Shown piece after piece: positions 32,426-42,696 of a DNA stretch of 64,000 bases. A program made the translations under genes and the position numbers. Every line of letters begins with the position of its first letter. Within the stretch, counting starts at the first letter, position 1. Source of the stretch: Phormidium sp. (GTDB taxonomy: Bacteria; Cyanobacteriota; Cyanobacteriia; Cyanobacteriales; Aerosakkonemataceae); contig CP143273.1 in assembly GCA_051013385.1 (NCBI GenBank), positions 736,001-800,000 of the forward strand, read 5' to 3'. The notes under the pieces are model-generated. The model did not search any database. It saw nothing but the letters and a program-made list of their open reading frames with translations, and was not told the origin of the DNA.

Positions 32426-34555
32426 TTAAAATATCTTACTAATTGGTTTTGTTTGGTAAACAGGAATTTCAATACTAAACTCCGTTCCTTTTCCAACTTC
32501 CGAAACACAGCGTAAATCACCTTTATGTTTATCTACGATAATCTGATAACAAATAGATAAACCTAAACCCGTACCTTTACCCACAGGTTTTGTAGTAAAG
32601 AAAGGATCGAATAACTTAGTTTTATTTTCATCTGAAATCCCACAACCATTGTCTTTAATCTTGACTACGGCGCGGGATTTATCCTCAGATAATTCAGAAT
32701 GAATTATAATAGTTGGAACCAAGTTATGATTTGCTGCTTCTTCTTTACTTCGGAATTTGTCTAAAGCATCGATCGCATTACTCAAAATATTCATAAACAC
32801 CTGATTTAATTGCCCAGCATAGCATTCCAATAGTGGCAATTTACCATATTCTTTAACTACCTTAACCGCCAAATTTGCCGGAGTCTCTTTCAAACGATTT
32901 TGCAAAATCAATAAAGTACTATCAATTCCCTCATGAATATCCACATCTTTCATTTCCGCTTCATCAAAGCGGGAAAAATTGCGTAAAGACAGCACAATTT
33001 CTCGAATTCTATTCGCACCCATACTCATCGATGCTTGAATTTTCTTTAAATCCGTTATGAGAAATTCTAAATCAATTTCTTCTTCCAATTCTTGAATTTC
33101 AGGATCGGGATTAGGATACTTTTCTTGATACAATTCAATTAATCTTAGAAGTTCTTGTGTGTAGTCGGCAGCGTGGGGTAAATTGCCATAAATAAAATTA
33201 ATCGGATTGTTAATTTCATGGGCTACACCTGCTACTAATTGTCCCAAACTAGACATTTTTTCTGTTTGAATTAGCTTCGCTTGTGCTTCCTGTAAAGCTT
33301 GATATGCTTGCCCTGATTTTTCCATTTCTTTTCGCAAGCGTTTTTCATTTACAGTTACTTGTCCCAACAAGTTATAAAAAGATATAGTTAACCTGCCAAT
33401 TTCATCTTCTCGACTCATCAATTCTTCACTTTTAGGACTAGCTTCCGCCAATAAATTACACTCATCCATAATCGGTTGTAAACGCCGATTTAAACTTCTC
33501 ACAAACAGAAAAACTACTATAGCTAAAACAGCTGAAGCACCCATTGCGGCTAATAAAGTTCCCACAATTGAAAAGCGCAATAAAGGGCCAATTATTAACC
33601 ATTTGGGTACCGAAGCTAACAGAATCCAATTATTATTAGAAATTTTTCTATATGCCCAAAATTCCTGCTTACCTTCTTTGTCTTGCCAAGATATAATTCC
33701 CGTATTCCCAGCACTATATTTCAGTTTCGAGTTGATTTTCTGCCAGAGTTTAGCATAGTTATTTATTTGCGGAAAGGACTTTAAATCAAGTGCTAAGTTA
33801 GGATTTGGCGGATAAGCAATTAAATTACCTTTCGGACTCAATAACACAAAATAACCATAATCTCTCATCACAGGCTTGGATAATTTCTCACTAATAAATC
33901 CCAATTCTAAATCTAGTGCCATTACTCCCAAGAGTTGTTTTTTATTATTATAAAATGGCAAGGTATAACTGGTGCTAACGAATATTTCCGGCGGATCAAC
34001 TGTGGTTTCTTTATAGCGAACTGGCTCGAGCCAAATTGCTTTACCTGCCTTAATGGGCTCTCTAAAATAACTTTCTTGAAAATCTCCCGGTTCACTTTCT
34101 CCGCCTTTGGCAATTACTTTACCATTTTTGTCCCGAATCGCGAATGGATAGGCATACTTTCTTTCAGGAATAATCAAACGTTTTTCTGGGGGTTGCCCAA
34201 AACCTAGTCCCGTTCCTAACGGCGAAGTTTGCAAAGAACGCCGGATTAAATCAACATAAACAAATTCTCTTTTTTCCCCGGATTGATGAAGTGTTGTCGC
34301 TGCATCTGCCACTAGTTTTGCAGTATTTTCAAAGCTTTTAAAATTACCTTCTAAGCTTTCGGCTTGGACTTCTAAACTAGAGAGTAATTCAGCTTTTGAT
34401 TGTTTAACAAGTTCCTGGTAAAATAGATATGATGCACAAAGTAAACCTACTAATGTTCCGCCCAATACCGAGAGAAACAGTTTCCCTCCAACCGATTTTA
34501 ACAAGGAAATTTTTTGGGGACGCAACTGGGTAATTTCTAATAAATTTGTTCGCAT
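32426..34555 (-). CDS. Cache-sensor histidine kinase
   Basis: Two TM segments around a periplasmic domain; H-box AGVAHEINNP; NQVFMNILSNA, DPFFTTKPVGKGTGLGL. Confidence 0.92.
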   Translation of the reverse strand: MRTNLLEITQLRPQKISLLKSVGGKLFLSVLGGTLVGLLCASYLFYQELVKQSKAELLSSLEVQAESLEGNFKSFENTAKLVADAATTLHQSGEKREFVYVDLIRRSLQTSPLGTGLGFGQPPEKRLIIPERKYAYPFAIRDKNGKVIAKGGESEPGDFQESYFREPIKAGKAIWLEPVRYKETTVDPPEIFVSTSYTLPFYNNKKQLLGVMALDLELGFISEKLSKPVMRDYGYFVLLSPKGNLIAYPPNPNLALDLKSFPQINNYAKLWQKINSKLKYSAGNTGIISWQDKEGKQEFWAYRKISNNNWILLASVPKWLIIGPLLRFSIVGTLLAAMGASAVLAIVVFLFVRSLNRRLQPIMDECNLLAEASPKSEELMSREDEIGRLTISFYNLLGQVTVNEKRLRKEMEKSGQAYQALQEAQAKLIQTEKMSSLGQLVAGVAHEINNPINFIYGNLPHAADYTQELLRLIELYQEKYPNPDPEIQELEEEIDLEFLITDLKKIQASMSMGANRIREIVLSLRNFSRFDEAEMKDVDIHEGIDSTLLILQNRLKETPANLAVKVVKEYGKLPLLECYAGQLNQVFMNILSNAIDALDKFRSKEEAANHNLVPTIIIHSELSEDKSRAVVKIKDNGCGISDENKTKLFDPFFTTKPVGKGTGLGLSICYQIIVDKHKGDLRCVSEVGKGTEFSIEIPVYQTKPISKIF

Positions 34556-34585
34556 AATATCACCAATGAATGAGTAAATTTGATA

Positions 34586-35239
34586 TTAGCAAAGAGGTTG
34601 TAAATTGTTAGCGATCGCACTGACACCTAACTGACTATACTCAAGTTTGTTCGCCCGATCGTAGTAACAGTTGAGAATTGAATCTATCTTAGCTTTTCCT
34701 TGAGCGATCGCACTTACCTTATCAATATACTGAGCATCGATTAACCTATTTAAAGGTTGTTCCACTCCATTAAAATATTCCATCGCTGCGGCGATTTTGA
34801 GATCCCATTCTGGATAAAATTGCAACATATCATCAGGCATTACTATAGTGCGCGAACAACCCTTTTCCGGCAAACAGTAAAAAGGTTCATCTAAATTTAA
34901 ATAACCATAATCATCAGTTAACTCTTCTCCTGGGTAAATATCCCGCACCGCCACTTCAAACTTGTAAGGCGTACTCATACAATTAGAATTGAAACTATGA
35001 TTGACAAACTTAGCAATATCCCAACATAATATGTACTTACCATCGCGATCGCGATAACAATACTTAAGCAACTTCTGTCGCAGCACAGTATCCCGCGAAT
35101 TTACATAAGTTTCATCAAACTTTTGATCTAACTCATCTAACACCCAAGTAATCGTACCTTGGGGAATAAACTTAGTCGCAAAAACTCCGTAACCTACATA
35201 CTTATTTATATAGAGAAGTTCTGTATCTGGATGAATCAT
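34586..35239 (-). CDS. SET domain protein (putative lysine methyltransferase)
   Basis: MIHPDTEL..GYGVFAT..FVNHSFNSN..GEELTDDY; ATG 35239 after AAAGG. Confidence 0.88.
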   Translation of the reverse strand: MIHPDTELLYINKYVGYGVFATKFIPQGTITWVLDELDQKFDETYVNSRDTVLRQKLLKYCYRDRDGKYILCWDIAKFVNHSFNSNCMSTPYKFEVAVRDIYPGEELTDDYGYLNLDEPFYCLPEKGCSRTIVMPDDMLQFYPEWDLKIAAAMEYFNGVEQPLNRLIDAQYIDKVSAIAQGKAKIDSILNCYYDRANKLEYSQLGVSAIANNLQPLC

Positions 35240-35395
35240 ACCTTTTGCACCTGGTAATATAATAGTTGCCAATTCCGAGCAACTGATGAGCGATAACAAG
35301 AAGACACTATTACTAGCAGCCTTGGAGAAGTTTTCAACTTTAAATAGATTACAGTTTAAGAGAAATATAATGGCGAATAAATTTAAAAATTCGTA

Positions 35396-36313
35396 ATGGA
35401 CTTGCCACTGATATATCATCCTGACTACATTGCACCACTTCCAGAGGGACATCGTTTTCCCATGTCCAAATTTTGCCAACTCTACGAATTACTTTTAACT
35501 GATGGAACTGCCAAACCGCAACAATTTCATGCACCCAAACACCCTCCCTTAGAATCGATTAAATTAGTTCACACACCAGAATATGTGCAAGCTTACTGTG
35601 AAGGCACGCTAGACAGCAAAGCCCAAAGAAGAATAGGATTACCTTGGAGTCCAGCCTTAGTTAATCGCACCTGCATTGCCGTAGGTGGAACCATTTTGAC
35701 AGCCCAATTAGCATTAACTCATGGTTTAGCCTGCAACACTGCGGGAGGAACACATCACGCCTTCCCCAATTATGGATCTGGTTTTTGTATTTTTAACGAT
35801 TTAGCCATAGCCGCCCGTGTTTTGCAACAGATGGGGCTGATTCAAAAAGTTTTAATTGTAGACTTAGATGTACATCAAGGAGACGGTACCGCCTTAATTT
35901 TTCAGGAAGACGAAAGCGTTTTCACCTTTTCCATGCACTGTGAAGTAAATTTTCCCGGTACTAAGCAAAAAAGTGACCTTGATGTTCCCTTACCAGAGGG
36001 AATGGAAGATGACGCATATTTACAAACTCTTGCTAGTTACTTGCCCGACTTATTGAGCCAAGTGAAGCCAGATTTAGTACTATATGATGCAGGAGTCGAT
36101 ATTCATTTAGCCGATCGCTTAGGTAAATTAGCCCTCACAGACACCGGAATTTATCGTCGGGAAATGCAAGTTTTAAGCACCTGTATCGCCAAAGGTTATC
36201 CCGTCGCTTGTGTCATCGGAGGCGGTTATGCTGACGACCTCAAAAGTTTAGTTTATCGTCATTCCCTAGTTCATCGCGCCGCCAGCGAGATCTACCATCA
36301 GTACCATCTTTAA
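35396..36313 (+). CDS. Zn-dependent histone deacetylase family protein (HDAC11-like)
   Basis: HRFPMSKF, GGTHHA, GFCIFND, DLDVHQGDGT, GGGY. Confidence 0.93.
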   Translation: MDLPLIYHPDYIAPLPEGHRFPMSKFCQLYELLLTDGTAKPQQFHAPKHPPLESIKLVHTPEYVQAYCEGTLDSKAQRRIGLPWSPALVNRTCIAVGGTILTAQLALTHGLACNTAGGTHHAFPNYGSGFCIFNDLAIAARVLQQMGLIQKVLIVDLDVHQGDGTALIFQEDESVFTFSMHCEVNFPGTKQKSDLDVPLPEGMEDDAYLQTLASYLPDLLSQVKPDLVLYDAGVDIHLADRLGKLALTDTGIYRREMQVLSTCIAKGYPVACVIGGGYADDLKSLVYRHSLVHRAASEIYHQYHL

Positions 36314-36401
36314 TGCCAGACTAAAGACAGAGGAGCAATCCAGTTCCCTTGTCGATAAACTTAAGTTAGAGCAGGTGATTGTAACCTGTAAAGGATAAAC
36401 C

Positions 36402-37541
36402 GTGCTGCTATCCAAAGGTTTTGAAGTTGAAATGTACACCGGGACACCACAAGGAGATATTGTGGGTCTTTCCGATCGCATTGTGGCAGACCTAGACGGT
36501 TTTGTAAAAGAACCAGACAGCCGCAATGTCGAATATACTACCGCGCCTTTATGGTGTTACGATCGCTTACTCTGTGCCCTCGTCCGTCCCAGACAGCGAC
36601 TCCGAGCCTACCTGCAACGTTTAGGCGATTATACCTTAATTCCCGGCAGTACCTTGTCCTTGGGCGGGAGCGATCGATTTTGGCGTTCCGACCCCCAAAA
36701 CCCCTACCATACTTACATAGAAAACACCTACGGCACCAAAGTCGTCACCGCCAGCATACACATCAACATTGGCATTTCCCAACCAGAATTACTCATGCGG
36801 GCAATTCGCCTCATCCGCATGGAAGCACCACTCATTCTCGCCCTCAGCGCCTCATCCCCATTCCTCGAAGGTCAACCAACCGGATATCATTCTACCCGTT
36901 GGGGACTTTTTCCCAAAACACCCGCCCACGTTCCCCTTTTTGAAAGTCACGCCCACTTCATCCGTTGGACAGAAGAACAGTTAGCCAAAGGAACAATGCA
37001 AAACGTCCGACACCTTTGGTCATCCATCCGTCCCAATGGTAACAACCGTCCCCACGACTTGAATCGTTTAGAACTGCGAATTTGTGATTTAGTAGTAGAT
37101 CCCATCTCTCTTTTAGCCATCACCGCCCTACTAGAAGCCAGAATTTGGCAATTAATCCAAGATCCTACCCTCGATCCTTTAGAAAAAAGCCAACTTTCTC
37201 CCGAAGACTTAGTAACTCTCACCGATGCCAACGAAGACGCAGCCGCTAAATTGAGTTTAGAAGCCCAACTCAGACATTGGAAAGATGGTCAACCAATTTT
37301 GGCTAGGGATTGGATTGAACAAATTTACCAGGAAGTTTGGCCCTTCGCCAAACAGCGAGGCTTTAGCTGTTTCCTCTCCCCCCTGAAAAAAATCCTCCGG
37401 GAAGGTAACACCGCCCAAAAATGGTTAGCCCAAGTCGATCAAGGTTTAGATCCCCGCCAAGTCATCACCCAAGCCATCCAAACTACCCTAACTCAAGAAC
37501 AAGAACTAGAAGACAAACTCTGCCAAGTCTTAGTCGCCTAG
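36402..37541 (+). CDS. gshA: Glutamate-cysteine ligase, cyanobacterial type
   Basis: KGFEVEMYTG, EPDSRNVEYTT, SIHINIG, RLELRICD. Confidence 0.88.
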   Translation: MLLSKGFEVEMYTGTPQGDIVGLSDRIVADLDGFVKEPDSRNVEYTTAPLWCYDRLLCALVRPRQRLRAYLQRLGDYTLIPGSTLSLGGSDRFWRSDPQNPYHTYIENTYGTKVVTASIHINIGISQPELLMRAIRLIRMEAPLILALSASSPFLEGQPTGYHSTRWGLFPKTPAHVPLFESHAHFIRWTEEQLAKGTMQNVRHLWSSIRPNGNNRPHDLNRLELRICDLVVDPISLLAITALLEARIWQLIQDPTLDPLEKSQLSPEDLVTLTDANEDAAAKLSLEAQLRHWKDGQPILARDWIEQIYQEVWPFAKQRGFSCFLSPLKKILREGNTAQKWLAQVDQGLDPRQVITQAIQTTLTQEQELEDKLCQVLVA

Positions 37542-37545
37542 TCAA

Positions 37546-37712
37546 GCAGGGGGGCAGGGGGGCAGGGGGGCAGGGGGGCAGGGGGGCAGGGGGGCAGGGG
37601 GGCAGAGGGGCAGGGGGGCAGGGGGGCAGAGGGGCAGGGGGGCAGGGGGGCAGAGGGGCAGAGGGGCAGGGGGGCAGGGGGGCAGAGGGGCAGAGGGGCA
37701 GAGGGGCAGGGG
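37546..37712 (+). repeat. G-rich octamer tandem array (about 21 x GCAG(G/A)GGG)
   Basis: Directly visible after the gshA stop. Confidence 0.95.
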
Positions 37713-37719
37713 AGAATTT

Positions 37720-37888
37720 AAAACTCAAAACTCTCCAACTCTACAAAACTCAAAACTCAAAACTCTCCAACTCTACAAAACTCAAAACTCAAAACTCAAA
37801 ACTCTCCAACTCTACAAAACTCAAAACTCAAAACTCAAAACTCTCCAACTCTACAAAACTCAAAACTCAAAACTCAAAACTCAAAACT
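37720..37888 (+). repeat. Nested heptamer array: (AAAACTC)n blocks separated by TCCAACTCTAC
   Basis: Four TCCAACTCTAC spacers preceded by 2, 3, 4 and 4 heptamers. Confidence 0.9.
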
Positions 37889-38048
37889 TTCCCAGTCCCC
37901 AAATCCCCCCCGGAAGTATCAGAATATTTAATCAATCGATCGACATTCTCTTTGATTAATAAAAACTATTAAATGAGACTAAATTGTTAGTAAAATTTAA
38001 AAAAGTAATATTCACAGATTAGTGCGATCGCACAAGCATAAACTCCTC

Positions 38049-38510
38049 ATGGCGAAAGTGGTTTTGGTACACCCCCAAATTCCCCCCAATACAGGCAATA
38101 TTGCCCGAACTTGTGCCGCCACAGGCACAGAACTGCATTTAGTCGGGCCTTTAGGGTTTGAAATTAGCGATCGTTACCTCAAAAGAGCAGGTTTAGATTA
38201 CTGGCCCTTCGTAAAACTACACAATCACCAGTCCTGGTCAGAATTTTTTGCCCGACATCAACAACTTGGAGGGCGATTAATCGGATTTACCACTTCAGGA
38301 AGATGCAGCTATCTCAAAATCCAATACCAACCCGATGACTGGCTATTGTTCGGTAGCGAAACCACAGGACTACCACCAGACATCCTAGCAATCTGCACAC
38401 AAACAGTTTACATTCCCATGTCTGAACGCGGTGTGCGTAGCTTAAACCTCTCCGTAAGCGTAGCAGCTGGCTTATTTGAAGCTAGGCGACAACTTGGTTA
38501 TCTAGACTAA
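38049..38510 (+). CDS. trmL: tRNA (cytidine/uridine-34 2'-O)-methyltransferase
   Basis: PQIPPNTGNIARTC, RAGLDYW, FGSETTGLP, RSLNLS (SPOUT). Confidence 0.93.
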   Translation: MAKVVLVHPQIPPNTGNIARTCAATGTELHLVGPLGFEISDRYLKRAGLDYWPFVKLHNHQSWSEFFARHQQLGGRLIGFTTSGRCSYLKIQYQPDDWLLFGSETTGLPPDILAICTQTVYIPMSERGVRSLNLSVSVAAGLFEARRQLGYLD

Positions 38511-39202
38511 CTAAAACCACTGCTCACATCTGAGCTTAGTAGAACCCGATAAATATATACCTCAAGAAGCTGTTTGTCAACTAACTCTAGATTGGCATAT
38601 ATTCATCCAAATATCTCAGACGATCTCTTGGTGCGATCGAGCAAGCTGAAATATTCAAACAGTTAAAAACTATATACCGCTTATTGTTCAGGATAACAGA
38701 TTATTTTTATATATTAACATAAATTTGACGATCTAGCATAAGAAATTTGTATTGATTAAGCCATTGCTAGAGAGAGATCCACCGATAGAGATTATTCATT
38801 ATTGCCAAATTACTGTACACAAAGGCAAAAGTTGTAGTAAATTTCTAGCTTAACTGTTCTAGTTTTAGGCAGTGATTTAGCCTAGCCTTGCTCAAATCAG
38901 CACAGAGTCTCAAACTCGAATGATGCAATTTAGGTGCTGAGTTTTGTTCTAAGGGTGCTATAAATCTATGAAGTACACAAAAAGCATCTACCGAAGAGCG
39001 ATTTAGCCCTGGATAATTCCTGTAAGTCTCTTTCAGGAAAGCTCGCTGAATAGCCGTTTAAAGCAATATCAATCATTCACCGAATCAGGGTTTATAATCA
39101 GCAAGTGCAAATTTATTAATTCTTGTAAACTTGTCTAAATTCAAAAACCAAGGTAGTCTTGCTTAAGCATCTTTACTGTCAGTGATCTGGAACAAAAGCA
39201 AA

Positions 39203-39218
39203 TGTGATACCAATCACA
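39203..39218. promoter_or_regulatory. CRP-family binding site
   Basis: Perfect TGTGA-N6-TCACA (aaaTGTGAtaccaaTCACA). Confidence 0.6.
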
Positions 39219-39286
39219 GGGCTTGTAAAGTTTGACAAAGCATCCATCAGGGCAGTTAAACGCTAGTGAAAGTAGGAGGTCGTTTT

Positions 39287-41461
39287 TTGAAACGAGCATT
39301 GACGCAGAAGATTAATCCCATCCCTGCCTGTGCAGCAGATGATTGCTCAATGGTGGGATCTTTAAAGCCAATTCCACCAGAGGTAAACCGAAGAACCCGC
39401 ACCTCTGCGGCTATGATTGGCTTAGCTATTTCAATGGGAGCGTCTAGTAGCGTCCTACTAACAGGTCAGGGAGACAGTGCAGTAGCCACTGAATCAGGAG
39501 CTAATTGGGCGGTATCAACTTTTACCACTGCTCCGACCGAAACAATGGGTTCTCAAGAGGTTAAATCGGTCACAGTAGAAGCAGCCGAGCCAAAACCGCT
39601 GGCAGAGCCAAACCAGGAATTACCAGCTAATGCTAGCTCATCCCTAAATCAGGACAGTGATGGAACCGAAAGCCAAAGTGCAACAATTGAGCAACCAGCA
39701 GAGGTTTCAGAAACACCTGACAGCCAAACAGCTACAGCAAGTAGCGTCGATCAACTTTTAAAAGTCAAACAAGCGGTAGCACTCAATCGTCTGAAAGAGT
39801 CATCGAACCGCTTGCGAAATAGTCTGGCGGAGTGGAAGTCTGAGGAGTCTTCTGTTAATTTAGCGGTGCGTGTGAGCGAACCTGCGGCACCAACTGTAGT
39901 TTCCAGGCAATTACAGCCTATTCTCGAATCATCGAAAACTGTAGAACCAGTTTCTCCCCAATGGCAAGCTCAGGTAGCAACAGTCAAGCCAGCAGTAGCA
40001 GTGCCAGCCCAAACCAAGCCGGAGTTAGGGCAACAGCTACAGGTAGAAGAACCTACTGTTTCAGTAGTTTATCAAGTTAAACCAGGGGATACTATTGCCG
40101 CGATCGCAAGGAAATATGACGTTTCCGTAGCCACCATAGCAAAAGCTAACCAACTGGATAACCCCCATCGCATCCGAGTTGCTGAGCAACTGAAAGTTCC
40201 CCAAAATACTTTTAGTGCCCTACCAATTAGCAACCAACAGTGGGATAGGAACTACTCAGAATTTCAGCCAGTTACACCCAATTTGGCAACTGAAACTGAA
40301 TTAAATAACTCGGCACCAAACTTGCCAGTAGTTTCAGCCCTACTGCCGCAACAAACAGGTGAAAATGCACCAGCAGATGTGACAGCAGCCGCATTTCCAC
40401 TCACCCAACAAGGAACAGATGATATCCCAGGTTGGGATGTTTCCGCAAATGAGCCAGTAGTAGAAACCATTTCGGCTCCCGGAGCAGGAAACAAATTCCT
40501 TTCCGCTAGCAAGCCAACTGGTGTGACTAATCAAGACAATTTATCGGCTCAAACTCAAAATAATCAGTTTGTTCTAGCAGAAAACGTTACCAATCAAGAA
40601 GCCTCTAATAGAACAAAACAGTATTCTAATCCCTATGTAGAGCGACTACGGGCGGAAATTCTCCAACTCCGGCAGCATGGACGGCAGCAACCAGGTACTC
40701 ATCCGCCAGCAAATAATCCAGCTTGGAATGGCACGACAGCAACACCACCAGCCACAAACACCAATAATTCAGCTGCTCAATTACGTGGCACAAACAACTA
40801 CCCAGTAAATCCTGATTTCCGGCCTAACCAATATAACCAAGCTCTACAAGCGGAAATCCAAAGACGTGCCGAAGAAGCGCCAGCTAACTTACCTCGCACT
40901 TCTTACCCAATCCCACAAGCTGCCCCAACTCAATCCAGAAGACAGCAAGTGGCGGTAGCACCATTAGGCGTAGACCCCTATCAGCCTTACAACCAAAACT
41001 TACCAGGTCAGACTGTAGATCCTGATTTACCACCGATCCAGAATCCCTATTATAACTATCCTGGTTATCACCAACAGATGAATGGGTATAGCTGGCCTGC
41101 AAGAGGAACACTCACCTCTGGTTATGGTTGGCGCTGGGGCAGAATGCACAGAGGGATTGATATTGCGGCTCCCACTGGCACACCAATTTTTGCTTCGGCT
41201 CCCGGAGTTGTCGTTTATGCTCGTTGGAATTCTGGTGGCTACGGCAATTTAGTGCAGATTAGACATCCAGATGGTAGTCTGACTCGCTATGCCCACAACA
41301 GCCGTATTTTCGTACAAGAAGGGCAAATAGTTGAGCAAGGTCAACATATTGCTGCTATGGGTAGCACCGGACGCAGTACTGGCCCCCACTTGCACTTTGA
41401 AGTACATCCCGAAGGACGGGGAGCAGTTAACCCGATGGCTTTCTTACCTCGTGGTAACTAA
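39287..41461 (+). CDS. LysM + M23 peptidoglycan peptidase (NlpD-like)
   Basis: LysM YQVKPGDTIAAIARKY; M23 HRGIDIA, YAHNS, TGPHLHFE; TTG start after AGGAGG. Confidence 0.9.
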   Translation: MKRALTQKINPIPACAADDCSMVGSLKPIPPEVNRRTRTSAAMIGLAISMGASSSVLLTGQGDSAVATESGANWAVSTFTTAPTETMGSQEVKSVTVEAAEPKPLAEPNQELPANASSSLNQDSDGTESQSATIEQPAEVSETPDSQTATASSVDQLLKVKQAVALNRLKESSNRLRNSLAEWKSEESSVNLAVRVSEPAAPTVVSRQLQPILESSKTVEPVSPQWQAQVATVKPAVAVPAQTKPELGQQLQVEEPTVSVVYQVKPGDTIAAIARKYDVSVATIAKANQLDNPHRIRVAEQLKVPQNTFSALPISNQQWDRNYSEFQPVTPNLATETELNNSAPNLPVVSALLPQQTGENAPADVTAAAFPLTQQGTDDIPGWDVSANEPVVETISAPGAGNKFLSASKPTGVTNQDNLSAQTQNNQFVLAENVTNQEASNRTKQYSNPYVERLRAEILQLRQHGRQQPGTHPPANNPAWNGTTATPPATNTNNSAAQLRGTNNYPVNPDFRPNQYNQALQAEIQRRAEEAPANLPRTSYPIPQAAPTQSRRQQVAVAPLGVDPYQPYNQNLPGQTVDPDLPPIQNPYYNYPGYHQQMNGYSWPARGTLTSGYGWRWGRMHRGIDIAAPTGTPIFASAPGVVVYARWNSGGYGNLVQIRHPDGSLTRYAHNSRIFVQEGQIVEQGQHIAAMGSTGRSTGPHLHFEVHPEGRGAVNPMAFLPRGN

Positions 41462-41619
41462 GCAGAGGAAATGCGGAGAATAGGGAGATGGGGGAAATAC
41501 TCTTCCTTCTTCCCTACTTCCTGTTCCCAATCACTTTACCTACCATCTAACTGAAAAATCAAAAAAAGCTTGCAATTTCTGGAAATACTGTGTTAAATTA
41601 ATAAAAGTCACAAAAAGAA

Positions 41620-41693
41620 GGCTCAGTAGCTCAGTTGGTTAGAGCACGGGACTCATAAGCCTGGGGTCGTTGGTTCAAATCCGACCTGAGCCA
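41620..41693 (+). tRNA. tRNA-Met (CAT), probably elongator
   Basis: GGCTCAG/CTGAGCC acceptor stem, D-arm, anticodon loop CTCATAA, T-loop TTCAAAT; upstream TTGCAA-N18-TAAATT. Confidence 0.92.
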
Positions 41694-41802
41694 TTTGAAA
41701 AACTAAATAAATCAAGGGTTTCAGCCAAACCACCTTCCCGCCTTTCACTGCATTATTTCACATATTCCCCTAGACAATCCACTAGTTAAAACAGTTGCGA
41801 GT

Positions 41803-42633
41803 TTAGTAACTAGCAAAAACGATTAAAATCCCCAAAATTAAGCAAAATACACTAAAACCGAAAGCAAAAATACTACATCCTTTCTGTTGTTTTGCTTCGG
41901 ATTCCTTTTCTTGAAGCAACTGTTCTTCGGATTTGTGAGTAATTATAAATTGACCTTCTGGGTTGAGGGGATGCTGAATTACTAAACTCCCCTGACTATC
42001 GCTGACTTCTCCCAATATATAAACTTTCGTATCTACAGGCAAAATATATTCATTATATTGATAACCTAAAATGCGTTTGTTGTCAAAAATTTGAGGGTTA
42101 ACATTAAAGCTAAATTGACCACTATATAGAGTAGGATTACCTTGATATTGTTCGTAGTTATCTACTACCTTGATTAAGTCAACATTGGCTCTATTAGGAT
42201 TAACTTCAATTCGACCTGTTTCATCTTCTAAGAAAAAGTTTATTTGGAGACTACTGTTGGCTAAAATTGTCGAACCTTGGCGAGTTTTGCGCTGTTCGTT
42301 ACCCTCGTTGTCGGTTTCATAGTAAGTTTCTTCGTAGGTTTCTAAAACTGTCATCTGAGCATATACACAAGGACGCTGGGAGAGTTGTGCGATCGTGGGA
42401 TTATTAGAGCGAATCATCCCTTTCACCTCAACTTGTTCGCGAAAAGATCCACCCTCACCGAGTTCTTTCGCGATCGCATCGCTGAGGTGTTGTAGTTCGC
42501 CCACTGTAGATGTTTCAGTGCTCTTAATAGATCTAATGTTCTCTAAGGTTTCTCTTCGTCCGAAAATGAAGACGATCGCTGTAATTAGAGATAACAAACT
42601 AAAGACCAAAAGGATCGCACCAAAAATAAACAT
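41803..42633 (-). CDS. GIDE-domain membrane protein (MUL1/SP1-like, no RING)
   Basis: N- and C-terminal TM helices; VEVKG, PCVY, FFLEDETGRIEV, EYILPVDTKVYILGEV, FIITHKSEEQL. Confidence 0.7.
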   Translation of the reverse strand: MFIFGAILLVFSLLSLITAIVFIFGRRETLENIRSIKSTETSTVGELQHLSDAIAKELGEGGSFREQVEVKGMIRSNNPTIAQLSQRPCVYAQMTVLETYEETYYETDNEGNEQRKTRQGSTILANSSLQINFFLEDETGRIEVNPNRANVDLIKVVDNYEQYQGNPTLYSGQFSFNVNPQIFDNKRILGYQYNEYILPVDTKVYILGEVSDSQGSLVIQHPLNPEGQFIITHKSEEQLLQEKESEAKQQKGCSIFAFGFSVFCLILGILIVFASY

Positions 42634-42696
42634 GATCTAATGCTCCATTTTAGCCATAGCCTGCAAGTCACCTTACAAGCATAAGAATATTTGTTC

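Noticed and set aside
37720..37888. Repeat-spacer pattern resembling a CRISPR array
   Set aside because: Units are 7-11 bp, the spacers are identical, and there are no cas genes; it is a simple tandem repeat
37421..37972. 183-aa ORF with GGRGAGGQ repeats and its antisense PPCPPAPL ORF
   Set aside because: Translations of the octamer and heptamer arrays; overlaps gshA
41694..42633. tRNA-anchored genomic island or prophage
   Set aside because: No integrase and no duplicated tRNA 3' end seen in the window
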